Source of the DNA: Octopus sinensis
Taxonomy: Eukaryota
Assembly (NCBI RefSeq): GCF_006345805.1
Contig: NC_043017.1
Span: 16,864,001-16,928,000 of the forward strand
Reading direction: 5' to 3'
DNA: 64,000 nt
Both the position numbers and the translations under genes were made by a program. Below are positions 23,291-35,858 of this stretch, one piece after another (position 1 is the stretch's first letter; each line of letters begins with the position of its first letter). The notes under the pieces were generated by a model. That model ran no database searches. It saw only the letters and a program-made list of their open reading frames with translations, and was not told the DNA's origin.

Positions 23291-23716
23291 AAAACTAGGG
23301 TTAAAAGGAAACCTCTCAATTGAATAATTCACAAAACAAATACAACGAAAGCAGACCCACGAATAGACAGCAACAGAAATCTAAACAACAGAGGGAGGTT
23401 AACAACAGTAACATGAGAATCAACAATAAAACAAGAGCACAAATAGCAAAGGAAAACAAGAGTTATAGCTTGGAGTCACAGTGAAAAATTCTCATGCAGC
23501 CATGGGAGTGAAGAAAAGAGCATTTTTTTTTTCTATTAGGCAACAGGGTACTTTTTTCTTTTTTGGTTCTTTTTGTTGCTGTTGTTGTTGTAGTGGTAGT
23601 GGTGGTAGTAGTATAACATCCACTGAGTCTACCTTGCTATATTGACTTGGTACAGTTTAATGTATCCTTCTTGCGAGGGGGGGGGTACTATCTTGTTTTG
23701 AAACATGATATATATA

Positions 23717-23828
23717 GAGAGAGGGGGAATGATGGAGAGGGAGAATGAGAGAGGGAGGGAGGAAGGGGGAGATAGGAAGAAGGGAGGGGGGATGGAGGGG
23801 GAGAGAGCTAGGGGGGGGGGAGAGGGGG
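23717..23828. repeat. G/A-rich low-complexity tract
   Basis: Multiple G-runs and GA repeats. Confidence 0.8.
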
Positions 23829-24123
23829 TCGTCGTTGACATACGACCGAGTTGGTCGTGGGTTCCAACTATGGCTTGGTTTGTGGAACTGGATGCTTTAA
23901 CACCAGCTAAAACCAAGTGCACTGGATGCTCTTTCACATCACAGCTAGGGAAGGCTTCTCTCTTCAATAAAACGAAAGGGTCACCCCAACCTCACACTTT
24001 ACAGTCTGCTGAGTGAACGTTTCCCACACTACAAAGATAGCCATGTCCACAACATGGCTTAAGGGACCTCTTAACTCCATATATTCCAATAGCTTGCCAA
24101 CCTCTTTACAGAGTGAGAGGTAT

Positions 24124-24162
<39 letters not shown>

Positions 24163-24194
24163 CATGAATGATGATCGTAAGACTAAAGGGGAAT

Positions 24195-24580
24195 AAGCGC
24201 AGGAGTGGCAGTGTGGTAAGTAGCTTGCTAACCAACCACATGTTCCGGGTTCAGTCCCACTGCGTGGCACCTTGGGCAAGTGTCTTCTACTATAGCCCCG
24301 GGCCGACCAATGCCTTGTGAGTGGATTTGGTAGACGGAAACTGAAAGAAGCCTGTCGTATATATGTATATATATATGATATGTGTTTGTGTGTCTGTCTC
24401 CCTAGCATCGCTTGACAACCGATGCTGGTGTGTTTACGTCCCCGTCACTTAGCGGTTCGGCAAAGGAGACCGATAGAATGAGTACTGGGCTTACAAAGAA
24501 TAAGTTCCGGGGTGGATTTGCTCGACTAAAGGCGGTGCTCCAGCATGGCCGCAGTCAAATGACTGAAACATGTAAAAGAG
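24195..24580 (+). mobile_element. SINE family A, full length
   Basis: Head to tail match; a decayed inverted A 5' half follows at about 24590-24732. Confidence 0.92.
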
Positions 24581-24807
24581 ACTCACACACACAGGGCGAG
24601 CTTCTTTCCGTTTCCGTCTACTAAATCCACAAGATTTTTGTCGGAGTGGGACTATAGGAGAAGACACTGCCCAAAGTTTCACGCACTGGGAACCAAAAGG
24701 ATGAGAAGCAAACCTGTTACCACACAGCCGCCAACATTCAAACAACTCAAGAAATGAAGCTTTTATGACGCATAAACGGCAAAAGACCACTCGTCTTCAT
24801 TTGTATA

Positions 24808-25202
24808 TTAGCAGTATTGCCCGGCGTTGCTCGGGTTTGTTTCGACCCTTTAGAATTGGAATTTTTGAAAAGTAAACAATTTGCTTTATGTAGCTTGTAA
24901 TTCTCTTTAAGTGAACATTTCTCTGGTTGAAATACACCGAAATATGGCGACACAGCAGTCAAAAATTCGTAAAAAATAGGGATTTTCATAGAGAAAAAAA
25001 GCACCTTTGTGATGTAAATAATTTTTGGTGCGAAATTAGTCCGATTTGAATTTTTTTCTTCTACGGAAGGAAGAGCAAGCCTTCTTCCATCATATTCTCA
25101 ATTTTGGTCAACTTGCGCCGCAGGGTCTCGGAGGAGATAGCGTTAGTTGAAGGCTACCAAACCTGGCATACACGGACAACTTCAGCTTTATATAGAGAGA
25201 GA
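24808..25202 (-). mobile_element. Non-autonomous Helitron family E, complete
   Basis: Minus strand A|TCTCTCTCTATATAAAGCTGAAG...cccgagcaacgccggg...CTAA|T. Confidence 0.88.
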
Positions 25203-25424
25203 TAAAACCATGCAGACTAAACAAATTCTCTCTCTCTCTCTCTCTCATTGGCGCGCGCGCGATTCGAGCACATGCATATTTCACACTAATTACGTAAGAA
25301 TAAGAAAAATCAATTATTTGCAATTTTATAGCAATGCAAGGGAGATTACTTGATATTCTTTATTTTTCTCTCCCTTTCTGTCTAAAAGATAAGCGAATAG
25401 ACATTTGAATATTACAAAATTTCC

Positions 25425-25688
25425 TTTTACTCGTTTCAGTCATTTGACTGCGGCCATGCTGGAGCACCGCCTTTAGTCGAGCAAATCGACCCCGGGACTT
25501 ATTCTTTGTAAGCCCAGTACTTATTCTATCGGTCTCTTTTGCCGAACCGCTAAGTGACGGGGACATGAACACACCAGCATCGGTTGTCAAGCAATGCTAG
25601 GGGGACAAACACACACACACGCACACTTATATATATATATATACATATATACGACAGGCTTCTTTCAGTTTCCGTCTACCAAATCCAC

Positions 25689-25690
<2 letters not shown>
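25425..25690 (-). mobile_element. SINE family A, head truncated in a TA tract
   Basis: Tail and centre present; further decayed A pieces at about 25835-26010 and 26045-26155. Confidence 0.85.
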
Positions 25691-25721
<31 letters not shown>

Positions 25722-26156
25722 TATAAATTAAATTAAATTAAATTAGAGATAAAACCACTATTAGGCAACTCAAGCAGTTATATACTCCCTAATATTATTA
25801 TTATATATATATATAATTGTGTGTGCGTGTGTATCATTGTACTTGTTTCAGTCATTTGACGACAGCCACGCTGAAGGGTTTTAGTAGAAGAAATCGACCC
25901 CAGAGATTTATTTTAGAAGCTTAGCCCATAAATAACTTCTGCCGAATCGGTAAGTTACGGGGACAGAAAACGCACCAACGCCGGTTGTCAAGCGGTGATG
26001 GGGGAACAAGCACACACAGAAAGACACACACACACACATATATATATAGGTCTTATTCTTTGTAAGCCTAGTACTTATTCTATCGGTGTCTTTTGCCGAA
26101 CCGCTAGCTTACGAGGACGTAAACACGCCAACATCGGTTGTCAAGCGATGGCGGGG

Positions 26157-27468
26157 ACGAAGAGCTCCGCTCGAAACGTTAAACCCTCCTTCTTTCCTGA
26201 GCGTCCAATAACACTATACTTGTTCCACGTCCTCGCGTTGTTGTGTTTTCTCTTTGTTTTCATGTTTGAATTATATATATATATATAAATTAATAAATAA
26301 ATAAAACATATGCATATATACATACATATATGTACGTACCTACCTCTAAATGTGTATATATATACATGCATATATGGGCACAGGACACCAAAAAAACGTT
26401 GAACACAATGAGAAACGAAAACATAAACACAAAACCAAGGAAATGGACATTTTTTTTAAACAACGAAAAAATAGAGTACAGGACATACAAAACAAGGAAA
26501 ATTCCCCTTCTTCGGTCGCCTTAATTTCATCTACTCCACGTTTCGAAGGTCAAGGCGATACATGACTTCAATGAAAATTCCCTTCCCGCGAAAATCAAAT
26601 TAAATAAAATTTGGGATTTGTTTGCGGAGGGGTAAAAATGGTAACAAAAACAGGGCAGTAACGACAGTATAAACAGTAAAAGAGGGGGACACGGAGAATA
26701 ACAGTAACACAAACAAGAAGGGCTGTTAAGCCAAACGAGACAAAAAATTTTTACGAACGCTATTGTTTGAGAACGGCAGAGAGAAACAGATTTTACCGTC
26801 TCTACTTGAAGGAGGCCAGGAGATGAAAGACAGAAATAGCCATCTCATCACGTGACGGTGACGGGGAGGAGGAGGAGTAGTAAGAGAAAGGGAGAGAAAA
26901 AAGGGAATGGTTGTAGAGAAAAGAATGAGAGAGAGAGACAGTAAGGTAGAAGAAAAGGAAAGCCAAAAGAATGAAGGCTGAGAAAGGTTAAGAGTGCGCA
27001 TCATTATTAATATATAGAACAATCTTACTTAAAAATGGATGCGTGCGTTCCGTCATATGATAAATTAATAAATAAATAAAACATATGCATATATACATAC
27101 ATATATGTACGTACCTACCTCTACATGTATATATACATGCATATATGGGTACAGGACACCAAAAAAACGTCGAACACAATGAGAAACGAAAACATAAACA
27201 CAAAACCAAGGAAATGGACATTTTTTTAAAACAACGAAAAAATAGAGTACAGGACATACAAAACAAGGAAAATTCCCCTTTCCCTCCACAAAAAAATCTC
27301 AAATTTTATTTAATTTGATTTTTGCGGGAAGGAAATTTTCATTGAAGTCATGTATCGCCTTGACCTTCGAAACGTGGAGTAGATGAAATTAAGGCGACTG
27401 AAGAAGGGGAATTTATTTATTAATTTATCATATGACGGAACGCACACATCCATTTCTAAGTAAGATTG

Positions 27469-27475
<7 letters not shown>
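26157..27475. mobile_element. Penelope-like composite with direct and inverted terminal segments
   Basis: Direct repeat about 26286-26510 / 27060-27280; inverted repeats about 26500-26632 / 27280-27412 and about 27010-27070 / 27412-27475; acgtttcga motifs; flanked by (TA)n. Confidence 0.65.
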
Positions 27476-27524
<49 letters not shown>

Positions 27525-27589
27525 TTATCAATAATAATATAGGGTGAAATTAATTAATTTGGAATAATCATTAATTTCAATAATAATAT

Positions 27590-28012
27590 AGGGCACAAGC
27601 TGTGGCCATGCTGGGGCACCGCCATTTGGTGTTGCTACATAATTTTACTTCACAAATGCTTTTTAGCAACTGCCATTTGGTGCATGAGAGAGTTCAATGC
27701 AGCTGCCCTCATCTGCACCTCCTGCCGTGAAGTTGGTTCATCTGGGACACCTGACAGGAAGAGATCCAGTTTTATTTTAAAGACATCCATGCAGGTCTCT
27801 CAGGTCATTCGGGAGGATATTGAAGAGCTGTGGGCCTCTGAAGCCCAGGCTATCACAATATCTTGTCCTACATCTTGATAGCAAATTTGGAGTCCTTGGC
27901 ACTATGCAGTGGCACCCAGTTCTAGTATTTGTGTAATTCTTGATGTCAAAGTTTGGGACAAGTCCTTCTAGGATCTTCCAGATGTATATTATGGCATATC
28001 TTTCTCGCCTAC

Positions 28013-28013
<1 letters not shown>
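27590..28013 (-). mobile_element. CR1-like LINE 3' fragment (second family)
   Basis: RRERYAIIYIWKILEGLVPN...RGPQLFNILPNDLRDL / DVFKIKLDLFLSGVPDEPTSRQEVQMRAAALNSLMHQ*, with one frameshift. Confidence 0.85.
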
Positions 28014-28079
<66 letters not shown>

Positions 28080-28111
28080 TGCTTATACATTACACACAAT
28101 CACACACACAT

Positions 28112-28288
28112 ATAGGGAGAATTCACGAAAAAAAACAAAAGACGAAGACAGGAGGTGTAGAAAACAAACAGATGTATTAATATAACGCTCAGGAATTGAA
28201 AACGCCTTTTACGTTTCGAGCCTACGCTCTTCTACGGAAAGGGACACAGAAAAGAAACAAGGAGAGGAGAAAAAAAATGTGTGTAGAG

Positions 28289-28292
<4 letters not shown>
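28112..28292 (+). mobile_element. Penelope-like fragment (family G)
   Basis: gggagaattcacg...acgtttcgagcctacgctcttc; lies between TA/CA tracts. Confidence 0.65.
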
Positions 28293-28342
<50 letters not shown>

Positions 28343-28343
<1 letters not shown>

Positions 28344-28497
28344 TCACGGAGTGGTTGGCGTTAGGAAGGGCATCCAGCTGTAGAAACATTGCCAAATTAG
28401 ACTGGAGCCTGGTGCAGCCTTCTGGCTTCCCAGAACCCGGTCGAACCGTCCAACCCATGCTAGCATGGAGAACGGACGTTAAACGACGATGATATAT
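28343..28497 (+). mobile_element. Family C, short 3' fragment
   Basis: ggagtggttggcgttaggaagggcatcc...ggacgttaaacgacgatgat. Confidence 0.85.
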
Positions 28498-28549
28498 ATA
28501 TATATATATCAATTACTCACTACTTGGATATAAGTTAATGTCAATGACA

Positions 28550-28583
<34 letters not shown>

Positions 28584-28822
28584 ATATATATTTATGCTTG
28601 TATGCATAATTATAGAGAGCAATTTAGATATTAATTGGACAACAAATAACCAGCAATTAAAACTTGCGCATTATCTTGGATATCCAAAAAGAAATGTGAG
28701 GATGACTGGTATTATAAGGCCGAGTCTCATCTGGGTGGAATTTATATTCGCTGAGGCCATTTAAGTAAATACAAAAAGTAAAACAAACAAGAGATATGTT
28801 TGTTTATATAACATTCACTTAC

Positions 28823-28866
28823 ATCATCTGATGCACATTTCATTAACAATGAACAAACAACGTCAG
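28823..28866 (-). CDS. Candidate exon (DVVCSLLMKCASDD)
   Basis: ttttctttatatag acceptor, GTAAGT donor, 44 nt, phase 1 in / 0 out; matches the phase-1 exit of 29763-29851. Confidence 0.35.
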
Positions 28867-29762
28867 CTATATAAAGAAAATTTCATAATCTCAATGCATT
28901 GTTGAATCTTCAGAAGTTTCATAACTCACATTACTAGTTCTTACTATTTATATTTGATCAACTATTGCAATGTGTTGTATTAAGGAATAAGCTTTAAACA
29001 TTCTAATGAGGAAGAATTTTTTTTTTACCATAAAGATAGAAGTGTGTACGTATTGCCACAGAGCCTCTAAATAGAGATTTGTAGCCATGACTACCAGGCA
29101 ACAGGGAAATGAACATTATATCGATATGGTTTACTATTTTAGTGGGCTCTCCAATTATCATCCACCCTCACAGATGCAGGTTAGCAGGAGTATATGCACA
29201 TACATATTTTACAAACACAAATATATTTACTAGAGTATAATCATCCCTGATATATATACTAAGGTATACTTGCATATCTACACACAAACATGCTCTTTTA
29301 TACAATTACATCACACACACACCAGCTTAAACACACACATATGTATACACATACATACATACACATACACACACATATATATTGATCATGCCTCCACCCT
29401 TGTTCACTATTCACCTCTACTCCATCATCTCGCACCAGCTATCACTTATGCTCTGGCAAGCTTACCCAGCCATCTTTCTTGATCTGTCTCCATTCTCTCT
29501 TCCACTAACCTTCTGGCACCCTCAGGGTGTGTTCTGACAACTCATTCCCCATCATTTTTAACTTTATTTCCAGCTACTCCCACCCACCCTTATACAATGT
29601 AAGATGGTTAGGTATCTATTCATGCCCCACAGTCATACAATAGCTACTTAATACCTAGCATAAGAACATCTTACTACATCCCCAATCAGTCAAGAGGGTT
29701 TTTTTAAAATCTGTATGCTACTTAAACGTCACTAGTGGTAGTGCCACAAACAAAGCACTCAC

Positions 29763-29851
29763 TAGACTCAACAAAGTAGTTGGTACTAGGAAGAGCATCC
29801 TGCTCACAGCGATGTGGTCCAGAAGTGACCATCATAAGCACAGAGCTAACC
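29763..29851 (-). CDS. Candidate exon (VSSVLMMVTSGPHRCEQDALPSTNYFVES)
   Basis: cacag acceptor, GTGAGT donor, 89 nt, only one open frame, phase 2 in / 1 out. Confidence 0.33.
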
Positions 29852-30334
29852 CTGTGACTATTTAAATACAAAATATTTTTCACAATATTCTGTTGTGCCT
29901 GGGGAGAGTCATCGTCTTTTTGTACCTTATAATGTGACATGTTCACCGGTGAAATTTCCACTTATTTCTTATTTTTATTTTCCTAAAATTTTCGTTGCGT
30001 CTTGCAACTTTTCAATAGTCTTGACTCTGTCCGTTATTTCAGACAAAGGTGAACAGAATTAGATTCCTTTCATTGAGTTCTCTTCTTTAAGCATAATTAA
30101 AACAAAAACGACAAAGAAACGAGGAAGTTATACTGCTTAGAAGCACAATTCTCATTTTTTAACACATTTTTAGCCTAACTTCCTTTTACAGTTGAATCGG
30201 TGAGAAAGTAAACATTGCACTTAAAAATATTAATTCCTTCACTGCCACAGGCAAATAATATATATTTGTCAGAGAGAACAGAAAAGGTCACAAAAATGTA
30301 AACATTGAGCTTAAGAATATTATTCATCTACTGT

Positions 30335-30590
30335 AGCAGTAAGCCATTGTACTTAGCCTTCGTTGACCTGGAGAAAGCTTTAGACAGGGTCCCCACTCTC
30401 TTATTTGGTGGCCTCAAAGAGTAGAGGAGGAGTGGCTTGTTAGAGTGGTTCAAGCCACATATAGCAACGCTGTCATTAAGGTGAGAGTGGCCTAGGGTAG
30501 TTTTTGTACCTGGCTGGCTCCTGTCAACCGTCCTACCCATGCATGCATGGAAGGTGGATGTTAAACGATGATGTTGATGCTGATGACGAC
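30335..30590 (+). mobile_element. Internally deleted RTE LINE: RT fragment fused to the 3' tail
   Basis: KPLYLAFVDLEKALDRVP...KVRV, then aaccgtcctacccatgc...atgttaaacgatgatg. Confidence 0.8.
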
Positions 30591-31029
30591 TGTTGTGGTT
30601 AAATGATTTTTAAGAAAAAAAAAAAGAGGAAGCATCCCAACTGAAGTGAGTTTCATACTCACAACCTCTGAACATCCATCTCTCTCTCTCTCTTTGTAAA
30701 CAACAACAACTAATGAAGAGAAAATATTTAAAAAATTATGTAATAATTCAAATTCAAAGTCTGAGTAATAATTAATATGTTTGCTTGACTAAATTAATGT
30801 GCATCTTTCACCAATGGCAAGAACACACTTCAAATAGACAGCATTCGCTCTGCATGATTAGCACAGAAAACTCCCTAGTCGCTCTGCCTGTCATAAATGC
30901 AGTGAACAAGCCATTAAGCCCACAGGACATCTTATAATCAATAACATTACTTTTAAGAAAATGTGTTACAAAATTCAAAATGACACATTGCGTTTTTGCT
31001 TGCCTCTAATTTCTCTGGGTCAATAAAAT

Positions 31030-31555
31030 ATCATCATCATTGTTCGACCATGGTCAAGACAATGGAATTTACTATGTTAAGCCAGACTTCACGGTCCATC
31101 ATAGCATTACGGAGGTCCTGTTGCTGGATGCCTGTATCCCTGGAGATTACATCAGGGTAGGAGAGTGTGCGCCCTCTGGTATCGCAAGCAGATGGCTTCC
31201 AGAGGAGAAGAGTAGAAATTACCTCGTTCTCATCTCTACAACAATGTCCAGCAAACTGGACTCTTCTACCTTTCACAAGAGATGACACAGGTGGTAGTTT
31301 TCCATATATTTGTACTTTGGTTGGATGACGCTTCCATGAGAGATTTTGAGCTCTCATAAGGAGGCGAGTGTAAGTTCCATCCAACCGCCTCTCAAGCTTC
31401 TTTGATAACGTCCAGGTTTCTGAGCCATATAGTAGAATTGGTTCAACTGTGGCTTTGAAGATTTCAAGTTTGAAATCTCTACTTAGATTTGATGACCAGA
31501 TCTTATGCATATCATTACAGGCTGACCAGGCCATACCCTTTCTAGTTAGAAAATC
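31030..31555 (-). mobile_element. RTE-clade LINE 3' end (family RTE2), 5'-truncated
   Basis: IFKATVEPILLYGSETWTL...VQFAGHCCR...RTLSYPDVISRD...DREVW; (TGA)n tail right after the stop. Confidence 0.9.
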
Positions 31556-32126
31556 TGTTTCAGATAATGAAAATATATACAAATAATAATGTAAGAGATT
31601 TAATGTTTAGTTTTGGTACGATGATATTTAAGATGTGAAATCAATAAAACAAACCCAGTCAATCGTCTCAACACCAGTGGAAAATGGAAGTGCGTTTTGT
31701 CAAAAGCATAAATTAACCATCAACACAATTGTTACTGCACTTCTGTATGGAAAGCTACAAATCTGTATTGGCATTGACATGAGATGTAACAACAACATAA
31801 GCCTGAAGCGAATAAAAATTAGCTAAGCTAATCAGATTTTCCATCAAAACTATAAAAAAAAAGTTATCAAGATTAACTAACATTAGTCATAAAAGTTTGT
31901 AAGTTTAATTTTGACAGAAAATCAAAGTTGAGCTGGAGTATGATATTTAGAAAAATTTTCAAAATATCATACAAAATCCGACATAAGAATGTGTGTGTGT
32001 GTGTGTGTGTGTAAGTATACACCTACATATGGACATATGCACATACATATTTTCATACATACAAAGAGTGTGTAAGAAGAGAAAGAATATTTAAAATTTT
32101 TTGATTTGATTTTCAGAAATAACTAC

Positions 32127-32271
32127 CCGTGTTCCTTTTCCCAATGAATGGTATATTCTTTGATGACGTAATATACTGTTTCTCACCATCTAATGATACA
32201 ATGTCATCAGAGTTCAACCCAGCATTAGGGGGAGCCAAGCATGCTTGGTATAGAATATCTAAAAACATGAC
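32127..32271 (-). CDS. Best candidate host exon (VMFLDILYQACLAPPNAGLNSDDIVSLDGEKQYITSSKNIPFIGKRNT)
   Basis: ctaattaaattgttacag acceptor, gtagtt donor, 145 nt, single open frame, unique non-repeat sequence; product not recognised. Confidence 0.42.
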
Positions 32272-32339
32272 CTGTAACAATTTAATTAGAATTCCATGTG
32301 ATTTGTTACATTCCAAAAAGGTGCACCTCTATAGTTTGT

Positions 32340-32850
32340 TATCATCATCATCGTTTAACGTCCGTTTTCTGTGCTAGCACGGGTTGGACGGTTCGACCGG
32401 GGTCTGGGAAGCCAGGAGGCTGCACCAGGCTCTAGTCTGATCTGGCAGCGTTTCTACAGCTGGATGCCCTTCCTAACACCAACCACTCCGTGAGTGTAGT
32501 GGGTGCTTTTTATGTGCCACCGGCACAGGTGCCAGGGTAGGCTGGCAGCGGCCACGATCGGTTGGTGCTTTTTACATGCCACTGGCACAGAAGCCAGTCA
32601 AGGTGGCGCTGGCATCGGCCACGTTCGGATGGTGCTTTTTACATACTACCACCGGCACAGGTATCACAACTACAATTTCCATCTGATATTTATTTTGCTG
32701 TTGATATACTTGACTCAACAGGTCTCCTCAAGCACAGCAGGTCATGTGCCACTGGCACAGAAGCCAGTCAAGGCAGCGCTGGCATTGGCCACATTCGGAT
32801 GGTGTTTTTTACGTGCTGCCGGCACAGGTATCATAACTACAATTTCCATA
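32340..32850 (-). mobile_element. Family C with multiple subrepeats
   Basis: (GAT) tail; repeated gtgccactggcacagaagccagtcaagg...ggatggtg and cacaggtatca(c/t)aactacaatttcca. Confidence 0.85.
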
Positions 32851-32899
32851 CACAATTTAATAAACAAAGGTTCGTTGGCTACAATATCCACATAATACA

Positions 32900-33480
32900 G
32901 ATACAGATTATGTATGAGAAGAAAGCTAATGTGAGCAATATAGATTCGGATGCAAAAGAGGTAGCGAATGTGGAGGCCTTCTCCAAGAGAGTACTACTAC
33001 TTAAAGAAACATCATGTTCGGAAAGTGGCAGGATGAAGAAGACCACAAACCTGGTAGAGATCCTTCTGGCAAAAGATCAAAAAGACTGGTTACAGTTTGT
33101 GAGAGGGAAGAGCTTGTGGGCAATGCAATTGTGAGTCATGATGCTGAGTAAAATCTGTCCAGTTTGTGGGTTATATTCTTTGCCTGAACTACTGCAGTGC
33201 AGCTATGAATGGATCACTTGGAGAACATGGGGTTGTGAGGCTGCCAGGGATGGTTGGCTTTTTTGCCATGGGCAGCAGTATTGCAGAAACAGTAACTTGG
33301 CTACCTCTGCTGAGCCTTGGCTTATTTCCAGAAGCAAATACCTACCCAAATACACCTATCACTTCTTCACACATGGATACATCAAAAACGAAAGACAAGT
33401 CAATATGCTCACAGCATCCATGGAGTCTCAAGGGATACCAGATAATGGCTAAGTAATAACCCTACACATCTGCCTTAGGG
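32900..33480 (+). pseudogene. Possible decayed Gypsy-type pol/integrase fragment
   Basis: GEHGVVRLPG...FFAMGSSIAETV and PITSSHMD only loosely resemble the integrase HHCC region. Confidence 0.22.
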
Positions 33481-33959
33481 TCCTTCCCACCAGATTTTCT
33501 GTAGGGGTTTATTACTCCCTTAGTCTTTTTTAAATACTCAATAAATTACCCTACAAGGCAGCAGGGATTCATTATTATGGAGGGCACAATTTGTGCAGAC
33601 CCAGTCCCATTCTCTTGTCCTTCAAAATCATATTGATCTGGTGCAACAAGTACTAAAGGGTTGAAAGACCTCATCTGCCATCCATTGGAATGTCAGTCAA
33701 TGACCTTCTTCCAGAGGCAATTCTATGACATGTCAATTAACTCATTGCTGGGACTCTAGTAGGTGGTACTGTATGGGGTCAGAGTAGACCTGGAAACAAT
33801 AGTGGCTAAGAGGTGCCCTACACTCCTTGAAACACTGGAACTTCTGAATCAGGGCCCCACTATTGGATGCAGTTTTAAGTCATATCCAGGGATTGTTAGC
33901 AGAGAACTGACAGAGTTCTGCCAGTCAGCTGGCATGACATGCCAGTCAGGGTCTGAAAG

Positions 33960-34180
33960 TGAGGAATGATGCAGAGTGTATGGATGTGTGGTAGGTAGTC
34001 ACAATCAAGTAGCAGCTAAATAATAACCTGGCAGGTACAGAAACGGTGATGGTTTGGTAGAGGTGAGGTTTGGAGGCGAGAAAGAGATCAAGGATGCTTG
34101 GAGTTAACTGAAATAGTAAAATCAATATGGGATGAATGTGAGAAACAAAAGTTCTGAGCATTGAAGTAACTGAAAACAAT
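33960..34180 (-). mobile_element. LINE APE-endonuclease remnant
   Basis: PSILDLFLASKPHLY resembles the endonuclease TLDLFLTSNP motif. Confidence 0.45.
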
Positions 34181-34288
34181 GGCTTCAGAGAAGTTTTTCA
34201 TACAAGGAGTGATGCGGCTGGAGGATTCCAGAGAGCAGTAAAGAAAGGATAGGTAACTGCATGTATTTGTTGCTGGTGAAAAAGGTGA

Positions 34289-34536
34289 GTGGAAAGGTAG
34301 AAGAGTCCAGTTTGCTGGACATTGTTGTAGAGCTGAAAACAAGGCAATTTCTATTCTTCTCCTCTGGAAGCCATCTACTCACAATACCAGAGGGTGCACA
34401 CTCTCCTACCCTGATGTAATCTCCAGGGATACAGGCATCCAGCAACAGGACCTCCGTAATGCTATGATGGACTGTGAAGTCTGGCGTAACATAGTAAATT
34501 CCATCGTCTCGACCACGGTCGAACAATGATGATGAT
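34289..34536 (+). mobile_element. RTE2 LINE 3' fragment
   Basis: Near-identical to the 31030-31280 reverse complement; ends gtcgaacaatgatgatgatg. Confidence 0.9.
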
Positions 34537-34573
34537 GGAAAGGAGAATGGAACCTACACAGGTATGCACACTC

Positions 34574-34608
<35 letters not shown>

Positions 34609-35031
34609 TTTTCAGAGTTCAATTTTGAATGTAGAGTATAACTTGAACAGTAGTTGATGTAATATGAATAAAGGTGAGAAATCTGTCTCAGAAAGGAGTG
34701 GAAGGCATGGTTGAATATAAATAAAGTATGCAGTCTAGGCTGGACTGAAGTCCACAGATATTGGAGAAGAGAAGAGAGAATTGTCCAAAGAGTTTAGAAC
34801 TATATTTTCTGACATTAAGTGCAAAGGATGCCAGCACACTATGAGACCATGAAAATCCCCAACTGGAAACCCAGCCTGAATGCATGCAACAGAAAGTACC
34901 CACAGGCAAGGAATAGTATAAAACTATTCTCTTCACTGTAGACAACAAGATTACATGAAACGTAATACCAGATATATGATGACCCACAATCAATGCATGT
35001 ACTCGATATAGTAGTACAAAATTAAATACCT

Positions 35032-35262
35032 ATTTCTTTACTACCCACAAGGGGCTAAACACAGAGGGGACAAACAAGGACAGACAAACAGATTAAGTTG
35101 ATTATATCGACTCCAGTGCATAACTGGTACTTATTTAATCGACCCTGAAAAGATGAAAGGCAAAGTTGTCCTCGGCAGAATTTGAACTCAGAACATATCG
35201 GCAGACAAAATACGGCTACGCATTTCGCCCGGCATGCTAACGATTCTGCCAGCTCGCCGCCT
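35032..35262 (-). mobile_element. SINE family B (B1), full length
   Basis: 10-bp TSD ttaaatacct at 35022-35031 and 35263-35272. Confidence 0.93.
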
Positions 35263-35505
35263 TTAAATACCTTAAAGCCATTACTTAGCCTAGTGTCCAG
35301 CTATTTCTGTCAAACTTATCAGCTTTCAATAATAATAATAATTACTATTGTCTTCCTTATAACAAGAGACATATAGAAGCTATAGCCAAGAATTAATGTT
35401 ATGGTTAGAACTTGGTTCAATAAGAAATTTTCTGTTATTTATTTTTCTAACTTAGAAAAAGGAGACATACACATAGGAAAAGGAAAATTTGTAGGTTGGC
35501 TTTAA

Positions 35506-35724
35506 CCCCTTAGTATTCAAACTGACCACATCCAGCCTAAATATTCAACCAATTTTATGTTAAAACTGGCCAGATTTTGCTTCTCACACCTATCCTACAA
35601 TGTCTTTCTAAAACTAAGCAACCATAACATGACAGTTTTTAGCTATAAGATAATGCATGATTAGTTCAAAACAACGTGAATGAATAAGAATCACATTAGA
35701 CAGAGTAATGTGAATGGTCAAGAG
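35506..35724 (-). mobile_element. MITE family I
   Basis: TTAA|cccc...agag|TTAA; interior homologous to 38848-39068. Confidence 0.75.
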
Positions 35725-35858
35725 TTAAGTTGAACTTTGGACAAATTTTAACGAAGATGAAAAAAAGGAAGCACAAAATAGCCACTTCCAATAAACAGTA
35801 TCATTATATTCTTGTGATAGGGATTTCTGCAGTACCATTTTATAAAGTTATTACCGAG

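Noticed and set aside
23717-23828. G-quadruplex or regulatory role for the G-rich tract
   Set aside because: Compositionally plausible, but the sequence gives no evidence of function
27325-27412. GAAAC and CTGAAGA in segment B' as a possible type II hammerhead
   Set aside because: No consistent stem II/III geometry with an intact core could be drawn
32117-32325. Plus-strand exon after the strong acceptor tttgattttcag
   Set aside because: All three frames hit a stop soon after the acceptor; the open plus-strand frame is the mirror of the minus-strand candidate
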